Source: Macrostomum lignano (taxonomy: Eukaryota). Taken from it: a DNA stretch of 58,167 nt. The first letter of the stretch is position 1; every line of letters starts with the position of its first letter. Positions 23,247 through 33,960 of the stretch are shown piece by piece. The stretch spans positions 1 to 58,167 of the forward strand of contig NIVC01000454.1 in assembly GCA_002269645.1 (NCBI GenBank), read 5' to 3'. The notes under the pieces were generated by a model. That model had not been told where the DNA came from and searched no databases. It worked only from the letters and a program-made list of their open reading frames with translations. A program made the position numbers and the translations under genes.

Positions 23247-23446
23247 TGTAGGCTGGCTTGTTGGTGCGCGTGCACTTAGATGTGCACGTCTGGCTGTTTT
23301 GGGGGATGGCGTTTAGAGCTGCAGCGTGTGCGTGCTTGGGGTGGTTACACCCACCCCAACTTTGGTATATTAAATATATTGGCGTGAGCCAGTGAGGTCT
23401 CCTCACGTGTTGTGTTCGTCACTGCAATTCAACCCACGGTCTTACA
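23247..23446 (+). repeat. 5' LTR (200 bp)
   Basis: TGTAGG...CTTACA; identical by eye to 28004-28203. Confidence 0.95.
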
Positions 23447-23447
23447 C

Positions 23448-23460
23448 TGGTGGCAGCGGT
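23448..23460 (+). other. Primer-binding site TGGTGGCAGCGGT (tRNA-Leu 3' end)
   Basis: 13-nt complement of ACCGCUGCCACCA, the recalled 3' end of metazoan tRNA-Leu (AAG type); 1 nt after the LTR. Confidence 0.85.
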
Positions 23461-23466
23461 CTCAGT

Positions 23467-24261
23467 ATGGCCAAATCAGAGCAAGCCAGTTTATTGCCTC
23501 CAAAGTTCAGCGGCGACTCCAACGTGAGAATGTGGCTAAGCACGTTTGAAGACTTCGCCGACGACTGTGAATGGGACGACAAGAAGAAGGCAAAGAAGCT
23601 GAGACTGCTGGTGACAGGAGAAGCGCAAATCTTCGTCTGGGAGCAGCCGGCAGACGTGTCAGCCAGCTATGAAAGGCTGAAGGAGAAGCTGATCGAGTGC
23701 TTCGGCAACAGTCTGAGCTGCTACAGAGCAATGGAGGATTTTGTAGAGCGAAAGCGACAGCCCAACGAGTCGCTGAGGGAGCTCGCCTACAGCCTGAAGC
23801 TTCTCCACCTTCGGGCCCGCCCGGACGACTCCGTGGCGGCTCGGGAAAAGGACGTGAAGTTTCGCCTGATGCGCCTCCTGCCATCTGCCGTGAGAGATGC
23901 GCTGTTGAAGGACCAGGACGCGGACTCGTGTTCGCTGGCCGCCATCGTCGACAGAGCTGCGCAGCTTGAGCTGGTGAGCCACGCAACTACAGCCTCATCA
24001 GCCGCGGTGTCGGTAGAAGACAGACGGCTGAGCCAGCTGGAGCAGCAGATGCAGCAGCTGACAGCCAGCGTGCGAACGGGACAACCCGGAAGAGACAGGC
24101 GTCAGAAGGGACCCAGTAAGTGCTTCAGCTGCGGCGAGCCAGGTCACATCGCTAGGCGGTGCCCAAAGGCGATCGGCAGTCGCTGCAGCCGGTGCTCAGG
24201 CAAGGGTCACTCCGCCGCGGTGTGCCCGACACCAACTGGTCAGCCGCAGGGAAACTTCTGA
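23467..24261 (+). CDS. gag: Gag (264 aa) with two CCHC zinc knuckles
   Basis: PPKFSG N-terminal motif; CFSCGEPGHIARRC and CSRCSGKGHSAAVC. Confidence 0.92.
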   Translation: MAKSEQASLLPPKFSGDSNVRMWLSTFEDFADDCEWDDKKKAKKLRLLVTGEAQIFVWEQPADVSASYERLKEKLIECFGNSLSCYRAMEDFVERKRQPNESLRELAYSLKLLHLRARPDDSVAAREKDVKFRLMRLLPSAVRDALLKDQDADSCSLAAIVDRAAQLELVSHATTASSAAVSVEDRRLSQLEQQMQQLTASVRTGQPGRDRRQKGPSKCFSCGEPGHIARRCPKAIGSRCSRCSGKGHSAAVCPTPTGQPQGNF

Positions 24262-27200
24262 GGGTCGGCAGCCTGGGGCCAGCACCGACCCGCTCAAAAG
24301 GGGCCCTCAGATCAGCGCCTTCAGTCTTCGTGAAGGTGCACTTTGGCAGCGTGTCAGCGCCTGCTCTGCTCGACACCGGCGCGCAAGTTTCGTTGATGGA
24401 CAAGTCGCTGTTCGACAGACTGCAGTGCAAGATCGACTCCACCGACATCGGTGCGCTGCCGACGGCCGTCGACGGATCCCGGCTGCGCTGCCTTGGCGGC
24501 CTGTCAGCAGCGGATGTTTCGATCGGCCAGACCATCCGCGTGTGCCATCGCTTCACAGTCGTGGACGGCATCCAGCCCAGCCTGATCATCGGCATGGACT
24601 TCATCGGCGAGGTGTCGCAGGCGATGACCATTGACATTAAAGAAGGCGTCGTCAGGTTCGACAGCACAGCTGTGCCTTTCAGCAGCGAGCCGGCTAGAGC
24701 AGACTGTTGCCTGGTGCCGAGTGTCCTGGTGGCGCGGGTGGCGGCAACTACGGAGTTGCCCGCCCGCAGCGAGAAGCTGGTGTGGCTCAAGGTGGATTCC
24801 AGCGGCGAGCAGGGAGTCTTTGAGCCGTCTGAGGACTTCGTGAAGTCCACTGCCGTCCTGCCGGCCCGCGTGCTGGCGGTCTCGGACGACTGCCGCATCC
24901 CGGTGAAAATGTGCAACCTGGCAGAGGAGCCCGTGCTGCTGTACGCCAACAAGGCGGTTGGCACGTTCGAAGGCGCGATGACAGACGGGGACGGTCGCCA
25001 GGAGGCGGCCCAGGAGAACCCTGTCGGTTGGAACATAAACGCGGAGCTGCCCGAACCGGATGCTGCGAGGCTGCGACAGCTACTGGAGAGCAACGAGGAC
25101 CTGTTCGCCAGGCACGAGTACGACCTGGGCACGACGGCGTTGCTGCAGCACCAGATCGAGCTGGAGCCGGGAGCGCGGCCACACCGGCAGGTCCAGCGCC
25201 GGCTGCCGCTGTCTGTGCGAGAACAGGTGGACAAGAAGATCGGCCAGATGCTGGAAAGCGGCATCATCGAGCCGTCGACATCACCATGGGCCAGCAACCT
25301 GCTGGTGGTCCGCAAGAAGAACGGCGACATCAGACTGTGCACGGACTGGCGGCAGCTCAACGCCTGCACGGTCAAGGATGCGTACCCGCTGCCGCACCTG
25401 CAGCAGGCCATGGATGCGCTTGTCGGATGCTCCTGGTTCTCCACCATCGACTGCCGGCAGGGCTACCACCAGGTGGAGGTGGCGGAGGAGGACCGGTACA
25501 AGACGGCTTTCTATTCGACGCGCGGCCTGATGCAATTCTGCAAGATGGGCTTCGGGATGTGCAATGCCCCGGCGACGTTCCAGCGGCTCATGGAGCTGGT
25601 GATGTCCGGCCTGTCCTGGGAGTCCGTGCTGACTTATATCGACGACATCATTGTCTTCAGCAGGACGTTCGACGAGCACTTAGAGAGGCTGGCGGAAGTT
25701 TTTAAGCGGTTGCGAGACGCGGGACTCAAGCTGCACAAGGCCAAGAGCGCGTTCGGCCATCGCCGGGTGCTGTACCTGGGACACCTGATCAGCGAGCAGG
25801 GCATTGCCCCGGATCCCGGCAAGGTCGATGCCATTCGCAGCATGCCCAGCCCAACGACGACCGAGGAGGTGAAGCGGTTTCTTGGAATGCTGGGGTTCTA
25901 CCGTCGGTTCATCCCAGGCTTCAGCCAGACGGCGAGGGTCCTGCACGACGTCAGCGTGAAATCGAGGGACTTCGCGTGGAGCAGCGACTGCGAGCGAGCG
26001 TTCCGCGAGTTGAAGGACCGGCTGACGATGGCTCCGGTGCTGAGGCTGCCGGATTTTACCAAGCAGTTCGTGCTCAGCTGCGACAGCAGTCAGTTCGCCG
26101 TCGGCGCGGTGCTCAGCCAGCTGCACGGTGACGCCGAGCTGCCTGTGGCGTTCGCCTCTCGCACCCTCAACAAGGCCGAGCGCAACTACTCGGCGACCGA
26201 CCGCGAGCTGCTGGCGCTGGTCTGGAGTCTGAAGCACTTCAGGACGTACCTGCTGAGTGTCTCGAGCTTCAGAGTCTACTCGGACCACCGGCCACTGCAA
26301 GGTCTGCTGACAACGAAGGACCCGAAGGTCGGCTGGCGCGATGGCTTTCTACGCTGCAGCAGTTTTCGTTCGAGCTGCTGTACCGGCCTGGCAGGGACAA
26401 CGTCGTGCCGGATGCGCTGAGCCGGGTGGCCGGCACGCGCCTGCAGCCTCGGTGGGACGACAGCCGCCTGCACGAGGAGCAACTGCAAGACCCGCTGCTG
26501 AGCAAGGCGTTCCAGGCACTGACCGAAGGGATTGACAGCCTGTCCGATTCGTGGGCGGCGCAGGTTCGCGAGCTGCTGGACGAGGCCTCGGTGAGCTCGG
26601 CGGGTGTCCTGCTGGTGGGTGGCCGGCCAGTTATTCCCGGTCACCTGCGGCCGCATTTTCTGCAGCAGGCGCACTCGTGCGACCAGAGCGGACACCTCGG
26701 CGTCGACAGGACCGGAGCGAGATTGTCTGAGCGCTGCTGGTGGCCTGGTCTGCGACGGGACGTCGAGAACTGGGTGGCCAGCTGCGCGGTCTGCCTGGCC
26801 AAGAAGTGTCCAACCAAGCCGCAGAAGGCGCCGCTACAGTCGACGTGCCAGCCGACGGCTCCGTGGCAGCTGGTGCAGATCGACATCAAAGGGCCGCTTC
26901 CGCGTACGACTGATGGCAAGGCGTACATCCTGAGCATGTGCGACGCCTTTTCCAAGTGGATGGAGACGGCAGCCCTGGCGGCGATCGACGCGGTGACGGT
27001 GGCGGATGCACTGCTCAAGTCGGTGGTTCTGCGTCACGGCGCTCCTCAGGTGCTGCACAGTGACCAGGGACGGCAATTCGAGAGCGAGGTGTTCGGCCGG
27101 CTCTGCGAGCAGCTGGGCGTTGAAAAGACGCGCACGTCGCCGTTTCATCCGAGTGGCAACGGAATCGTCGAGCGAGGCAACCGGACGCTCGGCGATATGC

Positions 27201-27967
27201 TGGCGACGACGGTGGCCGAGAACCAGCAGGATTGGGACAGCAAGCTGCCGTATGTGACCTGGGCCTACAACACCTCCGTGCACAGCACCACCGGCCTCAG
27301 TCCGTACCAGGTCCTCCACGGCTGGCCACCGAGGCTGGATCTCGACAGCTGGCTGATAAGCGGCGACCGGCCGGCAGCCGACGGTGGACATCACGGCTTT
27401 CTGCAGCGGACTCAGGAGAACCTGCAGAGCGCTTTCGACACGGTGCACGGCCGACTGCGGAGCGCCCAGGTCGAGCGCAACCGGCTGGCCAACCAGGACT
27501 CTCGGTTCGTGCCGTTCGAAGAGGGCCAGCTCGTGATGCTGCGCAACTCCGTCGTCAAGCGCGGCCAGACGCGGTGCCTGAGCGCCAAGTGGAAGGGGCC
27601 GTACCGAGTCCTGAGGCGCCTGGGCGAGGTCAATTACCGCATCCAGGACGAGACCGGCCGCAGGCGCCGGCTGGTGGTGCACCACGACCGCCTCAAGCGC
27701 TTCGTGCAGCGACGGGCGTCACTGGAGCTTCCGGCCGCGGCAGACCACCAGCCGCCGGCCGCGGACTCCGACAACGACGGCACCGCCGCTGAGCCGCCCG
27801 GGCAGGCGGCCGATCCTGACGGCGACACGGTGACCTTCTGGCCCGAGCTGCAGGCAGACGAGGCACCCGAGGAGCAGCCGGCGGCACCGGCTGAGCCGGT
27901 AACGGTTCCGCGGCGGTCGGCGAGAGAGCGGCGGCCACCTGACTTGTACATGGCGGGCTTTGCTTGA
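24249..27967 (+). CDS. pol: Pol (protease, RT, RNase H, integrase), entered by -1 frameshift; 1-nt break at ~26327
   Basis: LLDTGA protease, YIDD RT, and RNase H ..GRLARW..YRPG..N..PDALSR after the frame switch. Integrase has an HHCC zinc finger, the DDE triad (IDIKGP, HSDQG, VERGN) and WKGPY. Confidence 0.95.
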
Positions 27968-27990
27968 CTCTGGAACTGTCTTTTGTTTCT

Positions 27991-28003
27991 AGGGGGAAAG
28001 TAG
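27991..28003 (+). other. Polypurine tract AGGGGGAAAGTAG
   Basis: Purine run abutting the 3' LTR. Confidence 0.85.
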
Positions 28004-28203
28004 TGTAGGCTGGCTTGTTGGTGCGCGTGCACTTAGATGTGCACGTCTGGCTGTTTTGGGGGATGGCGTTTAGAGCTGCAGCGTGTGCGTGCTTGGGGTG
28101 GTTACACCCACCCCAACTTTGGTATATTAAATATATTGGCGTGAGCCAGTGAGGTCTCCTCACGTGTTGTGTTCGTCACTGCAATTCAACCCACGGTCTT
28201 ACA
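28004..28203 (+). repeat. 3' LTR (200 bp)
   Basis: Identical by eye to the 5' LTR. Confidence 0.95.
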
Positions 28204-28242
28204 GTAGGATTAGGGTTCGGTTTTAGGTTTGTGTTTCTATGC

Positions 28243-28535
28243 CAGAGGTCGGCACACTCCGGCCCGCCGGCCACATGCGGCCCGCAAAGCCTCTCTATCC
28301 GGCCCTCGGGTGCTTTGAATCTTCACAATAGCAATGCGGCCCGCTCAATGTTTGTGTCTCTTCTTAGCTCTCTTCTCTCACCTTTCTCTTCTCTCCTCTC
28401 CTTCATTCCTCTCTCCTCTCTCCTGTCCTCTCCTCTCTCCTCTCATCTCTTCTTTTCTCTCATCTCTTCTTTTCTCTCCTCTCCTCTCCTCTCTTCTCTT
28501 ATCTTCTCTCCTCTCCTCCTTATCTCTCTCCTCTC

Positions 28536-28567
<32 letters not shown>

Positions 28568-28833
28568 CTCTCTCCTCTCTCTCTCACTCTCTCTCTCCTC
28601 TCTCTCCTCTCCTCTCCTCTCTCCTCTCCTCTCCTCTCCTTCTCTTCTCATTCTCCTCTTTCCTCTCCTAGTTAATCTCTTCTCTCCTCTCGCCATCTCT
28701 CGTCACTTATTCTCTCGCCTCTTTTTTCTTATATTTCTCTTTTCTATTCCTCTCCTCTCTCCCCTCCTCTGGCCTGCAGTCATGCGCTGGGTCCTCTATT
28801 TTGCTCTGGAGGTAAAACGTTTGCCGATCCCTG
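28243..28833. mobile_element. Non-autonomous hAT (Charlie-like) MITE with internal CT-rich microsatellite
   Basis: TIRs CAGAGGTCGGCACAC and GTTTGCCGATCCCTG (12/15), subterminal CGGCCC motifs, and 8-bp flanks TTCTATGC / TGCTATAC (6/8). CT-rich tract at 28367-28770. Confidence 0.75.
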
Positions 28834-29025
28834 TGCTATACCAACGGAATTTTAACTGCCTTCATGGGATGCAACTAAATGTTGGGATTTGAAAATTTTC
28901 AGCTGTTTTGTTATTCCAATAAAATTAAAATCCCTCGGGCAAAGCACGTGATCGACTCAAATCAATTTAGATCCCTTAGTAATAGTTTCGAGCTACTCGC
29001 ATTGCAACTTGCAATTCGCCCTCAG

Positions 29026-29266
29026 GACAATTCGAGACGTTGACGTGGAGCAGATCGCCAAGCACTGCCGCGACCTGCGCCAGCTGGACATCCTGGGCTC
29101 CAACCAGGTGTCACTGGAAGCTGTACAGTTCGTGCTGCGCAGCTGCCCGAAACTGGAGATGTTCGATGTCAGCTTCTGCGGCCAGATTAAGCGTGCCAGT
29201 GTCGAATGCCTCAAGGCTGACTATCCGCACTGCTCTCTGCAGATGAGCTTTCAGAATCAGCAGTAG
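29026..29266 (+). CDS. FBXL4: FBXL4 exon 5 (last)
   Basis: CTCAG acceptor, phase-matched to exon 4. RTIRDVD..LRQLDILG..DVSFCGQI..MSFQ, ends in TAG. Confidence 0.92.
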
Positions 29267-29515
29267 GTTTGGGTTGTTATTTTGATTTAGAAGAAATCAG
29301 GTCAACTGGATGGCCACTGGCCGTGGCCAGGCAAGGGTGAGCGAAGTGGCTGTGCCAGAGTCAGAGTCAAACGAACGGGTAAGGCTCATTCACACTGCAA
29401 TCAAATGAAAGACCAAATCACACGACTCGTTTGACTACACAGAATTTCTTAATTTTTCTGTGATCACTTGAAAATTGGCCTCATTTGATGGTGGTGTGAA
29501 CGAGTATTTGTGTAG

Positions 29516-29745
29516 CATGTATGTACAAATGTACACGCCCTGCGGACACACACAGGGCGTGAGGTTGGATGCGCTGATAAAGCAGCCAAGCGAAGACTTT
29601 CTAGGGGTAGACTTTTGAGCATGTATGTACAAATGTACACGCCCTGCGGACACACACAGGGCGTGAGGTTGGATGCGCTGATAAAGCAGCCAAGCGAAGA
29701 CTTTCTAGGGGTAGACTTTTGAGCGTGTATGTACAAATGTACATG
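29516..29745. repeat. 104-bp tandem duplication (~2.3 copies)
   Basis: The GT(A)TGTACAAATGTACA anchor recurs at 29521, 29625 and 29729. Confidence 0.9.
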
Positions 29746-29925
29746 CCCTCCGGGCCTGTTTACTGAATTCCAGGGAATTTGGCGGTAGGGGGGGTCGTGT
29801 TAAAATGTATCTCTTTTTTAGCCTATCTATCTCAATGTTGAATGGCGTAAACTGAGAGTTGGGCAGCGCTAATAAGGGAACAGAAAAGGTTAAATGGGGA
29901 TTAGAAGAATTTTACAGCATGTAGG

Positions 29926-30110
29926 CGAGGTCGTTTTATAAAGCAAAATTTCACAATGGCGAAATACTCCGGAGAGATACGAGTCGAAGGTGGCTTCACG
30001 AACCCAAATAGTCTCCTATCTCTCCAGTGCAATTACATGTGGACATTTTGAAATTTCGAGGTTGTAAAGTTTCGGCATTGTGAAAATTCGGGTTTATGAA
30101 AGCGCCTCGT
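29926..30110. mobile_element. Small foldback / MITE-like element
   Basis: ~40-bp imperfect inverted arms (CGAGG..TTTATAAA..TTTCACAATG.CGAA) plus an inner pair GGAGAGATACGAG / CTCCTATCTCTCC. No TSD established. Confidence 0.5.
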
Positions 30111-30985
30111 GTAGGCTTGGTGCTCGCTACGCCTTACTAAATTATTTTTCTAATTCGTTTTTGTTCAATTTTATTCCAAGCTTTCTGTCTACACAAGTGT
30201 AGTCTTTGTCAATTGTCTTTGTCATGTGCTTGCTTGAATAGTGATTTTTTAATTGATGGCTTACATCTACATGTATTGGGCACAGCGCAACAGATTCACT
30301 GATAGATTTAGTTTGCCTCAGAACAGTGAAGTGTCTTTGCCTAATCTCTCTATTTAAACTTCTACTTTTAGATGTCTTTTATTAAGTATTTATGCGCCAG
30401 AGAACAGTTTTTTTGTGCTGCCACTTTTTAATCCTGTGATGCGATATCTTTGATTTTTATTTAGGTATTGTCTGCTTTTGTGTGTAAGAATATCTACTTT
30501 CAAACAAAACTAAACAAATATACCGCACTTCTGAAGCACTTATTATGCAGTTTGGAAATTCTTATATACGAGCGTAGTTCGTGATGAAATTTCACAACTT
30601 TGCTGAGCTTCGCTTTAACAATTATTGAAATTTGGTAATTATTTCTCTGTGTACGCGGCAGGTACAAAAACGCTCTTCATGTGCTAGCCAGTTAAAAATC
30701 AATAAAAATCCAGATAGCCTGCCCCCCCCCCCTGACTGACTGAGTCATCTGCGCCCCGCCCAGTTCAATTATCTCTGCTAACCAAAGTGCCGCCCAGCCA
30801 ATCAGCGCTCGAGCAGGGTCAGACAGAGGTTCTGCAAGTGCGGGGTGGGTGAAAATCAGCACGTGATTGGAGTCTGCTGTATTCTTATACCTAAATAATC
30901 ACTTCAATGTTACTTAGGCGTCACTACTAGCTCTCTGGAAATCTTCTCCATAAGCGCACAGTACTGACAGACTTCACAAGCATTC

Positions 30986-31942
30986 ATGACAACTATCCGA
31001 CTTGCAACTATGAGTGCAGCATGGCTGTTTCTGCTCCTGCTCAGAGCTGGCGCATCTCCAACCCCGGCACCGCCTGAGCAATCTGAGTCCACCGTAGACT
31101 CAACGCTGGCGTCAGCGACGCCCGAGCCGCCGCAGCCAGTCGCGCAGCCGCCCGTGGTGTTGAGCTCCCGCAAAGCGGAGGTGCTGGTGATCGATGTGAC
31201 AAAGAACAAGTCTTCAGTGGTTTCCATCACCATTGAGAACGAGGTCGTCCCGCCCACCAATCTCACGGAAGCTGAGAAGCGCTATCTTAAGCTGGCCGCC
31301 AAGTTCCGCTGCATCCCGGAGCAGAAGGCCAACATCTTCATCTTGGTGCACCTCAACCGCAACTGGCGCCAGAAGCTGAGCTTCGTCCACCAGCTCCTCA
31401 GGTACACCTACCGCCAGGGCAGCACCAACGTGGCCATCGTGTTCTTTAACGCCTTCACCGAGATTCTCGCCACCTTCGGGACGGACCCGCTGGCCTTCGA
31501 GGCTGAACTGGTGCTGGCCCTGGCGCAGGTGCAGGCAGGCATGGAGAGGGACGAGAACGCCGCGGTCGTGGAGCACTGGTCGCAGTTCCAGCTGGACGAC
31601 GCGCTGAAGGCCTGCTACCGCTACGCCAAGCTGTTCCTGCACCAGTTCAGCCTGGACGCGCGGCCCAGCCTGCTTTTCTCCTACTTCGACGACAATGCCG
31701 TCCTCACCGATGCCACCCTGGCCGAGGCGGAGAAGCTCGTGCGCGAGTCCAGCAGCCAGTTCGCGGAGCGGTTCAGCATCATGCAGTGGTCGAGCAACCT
31801 GCCCGTGCCGCCAAAGTGGGCCCGGGTCTCCCAGCTGCTGTCTTCGTCGCCCAACTACCAGGTGTCGGGGTCATCTGAGGACAGCCTGATGGGCGCCGTG
31901 GCCGACCTGTTTGACACGGTCTGCAACGCCACCGCGACCTGA
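30986..31942 (+). CDS. Secreted protein, P/S/T-rich stalk plus divergent vWA-like domain (single exon; start 30986 or 31010)
   Basis: 318-aa ORF with GC3-rich codons and a signal peptide (WLFLLLLRAGA). The vWA-like secondary-structure pattern is bracketed by Cys. Confidence 0.8.
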   Translation: MTTIRLATMSAAWLFLLLLRAGASPTPAPPEQSESTVDSTLASATPEPPQPVAQPPVVLSSRKAEVLVIDVTKNKSSVVSITIENEVVPPTNLTEAEKRYLKLAAKFRCIPEQKANIFILVHLNRNWRQKLSFVHQLLRYTYRQGSTNVAIVFFNAFTEILATFGTDPLAFEAELVLALAQVQAGMERDENAAVVEHWSQFQLDDALKACYRYAKLFLHQFSLDARPSLLFSYFDDNAVLTDATLAEAEKLVRESSSQFAERFSIMQWSSNLPVPPKWARVSQLLSSSPNYQVSGSSEDSLMGAVADLFDTVCNATAT

Positions 31943-33222
31943 TGAGAAGAGAATGCCAGTTTTGCCTAATTAAATATTTAAAATCAATTTATAAACCACA
32001 AGTCACTTTTTGCTATCGGTTTCTTTGGAATTATGTTGGGGAATTATACGTTTTGAATTTTGGCACCAATTTAAATTTAATATTACGAGTAGTTTAATTA
32101 TTATCGCAACTACTATATATGCGTTGACAAGTTTATTGTTTTCGTTACAATATTATTAATACAGCTTTTTACAGTCAGTTTGAGCTTAGTAGCGGTTGAC
32201 TAAATCCAGAGTGGCAGAACTCTACACACAGACAACTGCTGCCCCTAGTCCATGGCCTGAAGTTTGACTGGTGAGCAAAGACTGCATTAACTTGGTCCAT
32301 TTTCATCCTTTTGAACATCGGATTTCACTCTTATTATCGTAAACCAATGCAGTAAAACGAATGCAAACGAATAAAATAAGATGGAACTCAGGAAAAGAAC
32401 AGTACCATCTGAACAATAAGCATGAGAAGTTCATATTACGAACCACAAGCTGTAAATGTTCAGATTAACAGCTTCAATCATGATCTATTTCTATATCTAT
32501 TTCTATAATGCCGGAACACGTAAAACATGTTAAACTCCTGAAAATTTCCAAGAAACGTACTTTCCCACCCTTCTATTTGCTTGGATTTATTCTTTACATA
32601 GCGCTTAATGGGGATTTGACATAGACAATTCCGGTAGCAGTCGGGGCCAGTAGCAGTTAATAAAAAAATTAATAAACTTGTGATTGCAGCTCGGACCAAA
32701 TGCTTGCTTCATTTGCAATCAGAAGGCCTGGAAGGTACAGAGCCAAGTGAGCAAAGTGGCCCATTAGCATTTATAATTATGAATGCGTAGACTTAGTCAA
32801 CACGAGAAGACTTAAGCAATTCGTAGCACAGAGCATCGTTGAGAATTTTTATCGGGCAGAAGCAACGAGTCATGAGCTGTGAGTTGAGCAGTTTTTATCC
32901 GAAGCGGCTCTGCCCAAAAGCAAGCATCAGACAGCTCAAGTACAAGCAGAAGATGGGGCAGAGAGAGAGGCGAGAGTGCAGGAGTGAATGAAGACAGAGG
33001 CTGGCAACTGTTTGCACAGCCAGGCTGCATGGTCTCTGCCATTGTGCGCCTGACTCCCTGTGAGCGGCACAAACACACAGCAGCCAGTCTCAGTGGAGCG
33101 GCTATCAATTTCTGCTTATATTATACAACTGCAATCCGACATTTTCCTGGTTCTTCTGCGTGTGAATAGGTGAAGAACTGCTCAATCACAACTCAAGCAG
33201 GCCTAATACCCCATTGCCGCAA

Positions 33223-33369
33223 ATGGAGGAGCTAACGGAAGAGCAAATAGCCGAGTTTATGGAGGCATTCAGTATATTCGACAAGGAGGACAAGGGCTAC
33301 ATAATGGTGGATGATCTGCTCACTATGATCGGCTCGCTGGGACAGAATCCCACTAAAGAGGAGATTGCG
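33223..33369 (+). CDS. Calmodulin-like protein exon 1
   Basis: [37 protein letters not shown]. Donor GTGAGA 33370. Not in the ORF track (too short). Confidence 0.9.
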
Positions 33370-33409
33370 GTGAGAGGGCTGGGATGAGTTTTTATGGTTT
33401 TTGACTATA

Positions 33410-33960
33410 GACTGACTTTGGTGACCCCAGACTCAGGCTGTGACGGGTGACCATAGAATCAGGCAGTGACTGGGGTGACCATAGACTCAGGCAGTGACTG
33501 GGGTGACCGTTAGACTCAGGCAGTGACTGGGGTGACCATAGACTCAGGCAGTGACTGGGGTGACCGTTAGACTCAGGCAGTGACTGGGGTGACCGTTAGA
33601 CTCAGGCAGTGACTGGGGTGACCATAGACCCAGGCGGTGACTGGGGTGACCATAGACTCAGGCAGTGACTGGGGTGACCATAGACTCAGGCAGTGACTGG
33701 GGTGACCATAGACTCAGGCAGTGACTGGGGTGACCCTAGACTCAGGCAGTGACTGGGGTGACCATAGACTCAGGCGTGACTGGGGTGACCATAGACTCAG
33801 GCAGTGACTGGGGTGACCATAGACTCAGGCAGTGACTGGGGTGACCATAGACTCAGGCAGTGACTGGGGTGACCATAGACTCAGGCGGTGACTGGGGTGA
33901 CCATAGACTCAGGCAGTGACTGGGGTGACCATAGACTCAGGCGGTGACTGAGGTGATTAG
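33410..33960. repeat. 28-bp minisatellite (GTGACTGGGGTGACCATAGACTCAGGCA)
   Basis: About 19 units in the calmodulin-like intron. Confidence 0.95.

Larger units (their letters stand above)
23247..28203 (+). mobile_element. Ty3/Gypsy LTR retrotransposon, full length (4957 bp), in FBXL4 intron 4
   Basis: Two 200-bp TG..CA LTRs, GTAG TSD (23243-23246 and 28204-28207), PBS, PPT, gag and pol in PR-RT-RH-IN order. Confidence 0.97.

Noticed and set aside
26320-26335. A second programmed frameshift inside RNase H
   Set aside because: There is no slippery heptamer, it falls within the conserved GRLARW motif, and it has the same GG/GGG pattern as the host-gene breaks.
24152-27685. Long antisense and alternate-frame ORFs over pol (e.g. 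431 aa at 24152-25447)
   Set aside because: Expected shadows of a GC-rich coding region; no recognisable motifs.
23242-28207. 5-bp TSD (AGTAG), or LTRs starting earlier because AGTAG precedes both LTRs
   Set aside because: This would break the TG..CA termini. The match upstream of the 3' LTR is the end of the PPT and is best treated as coincidence.
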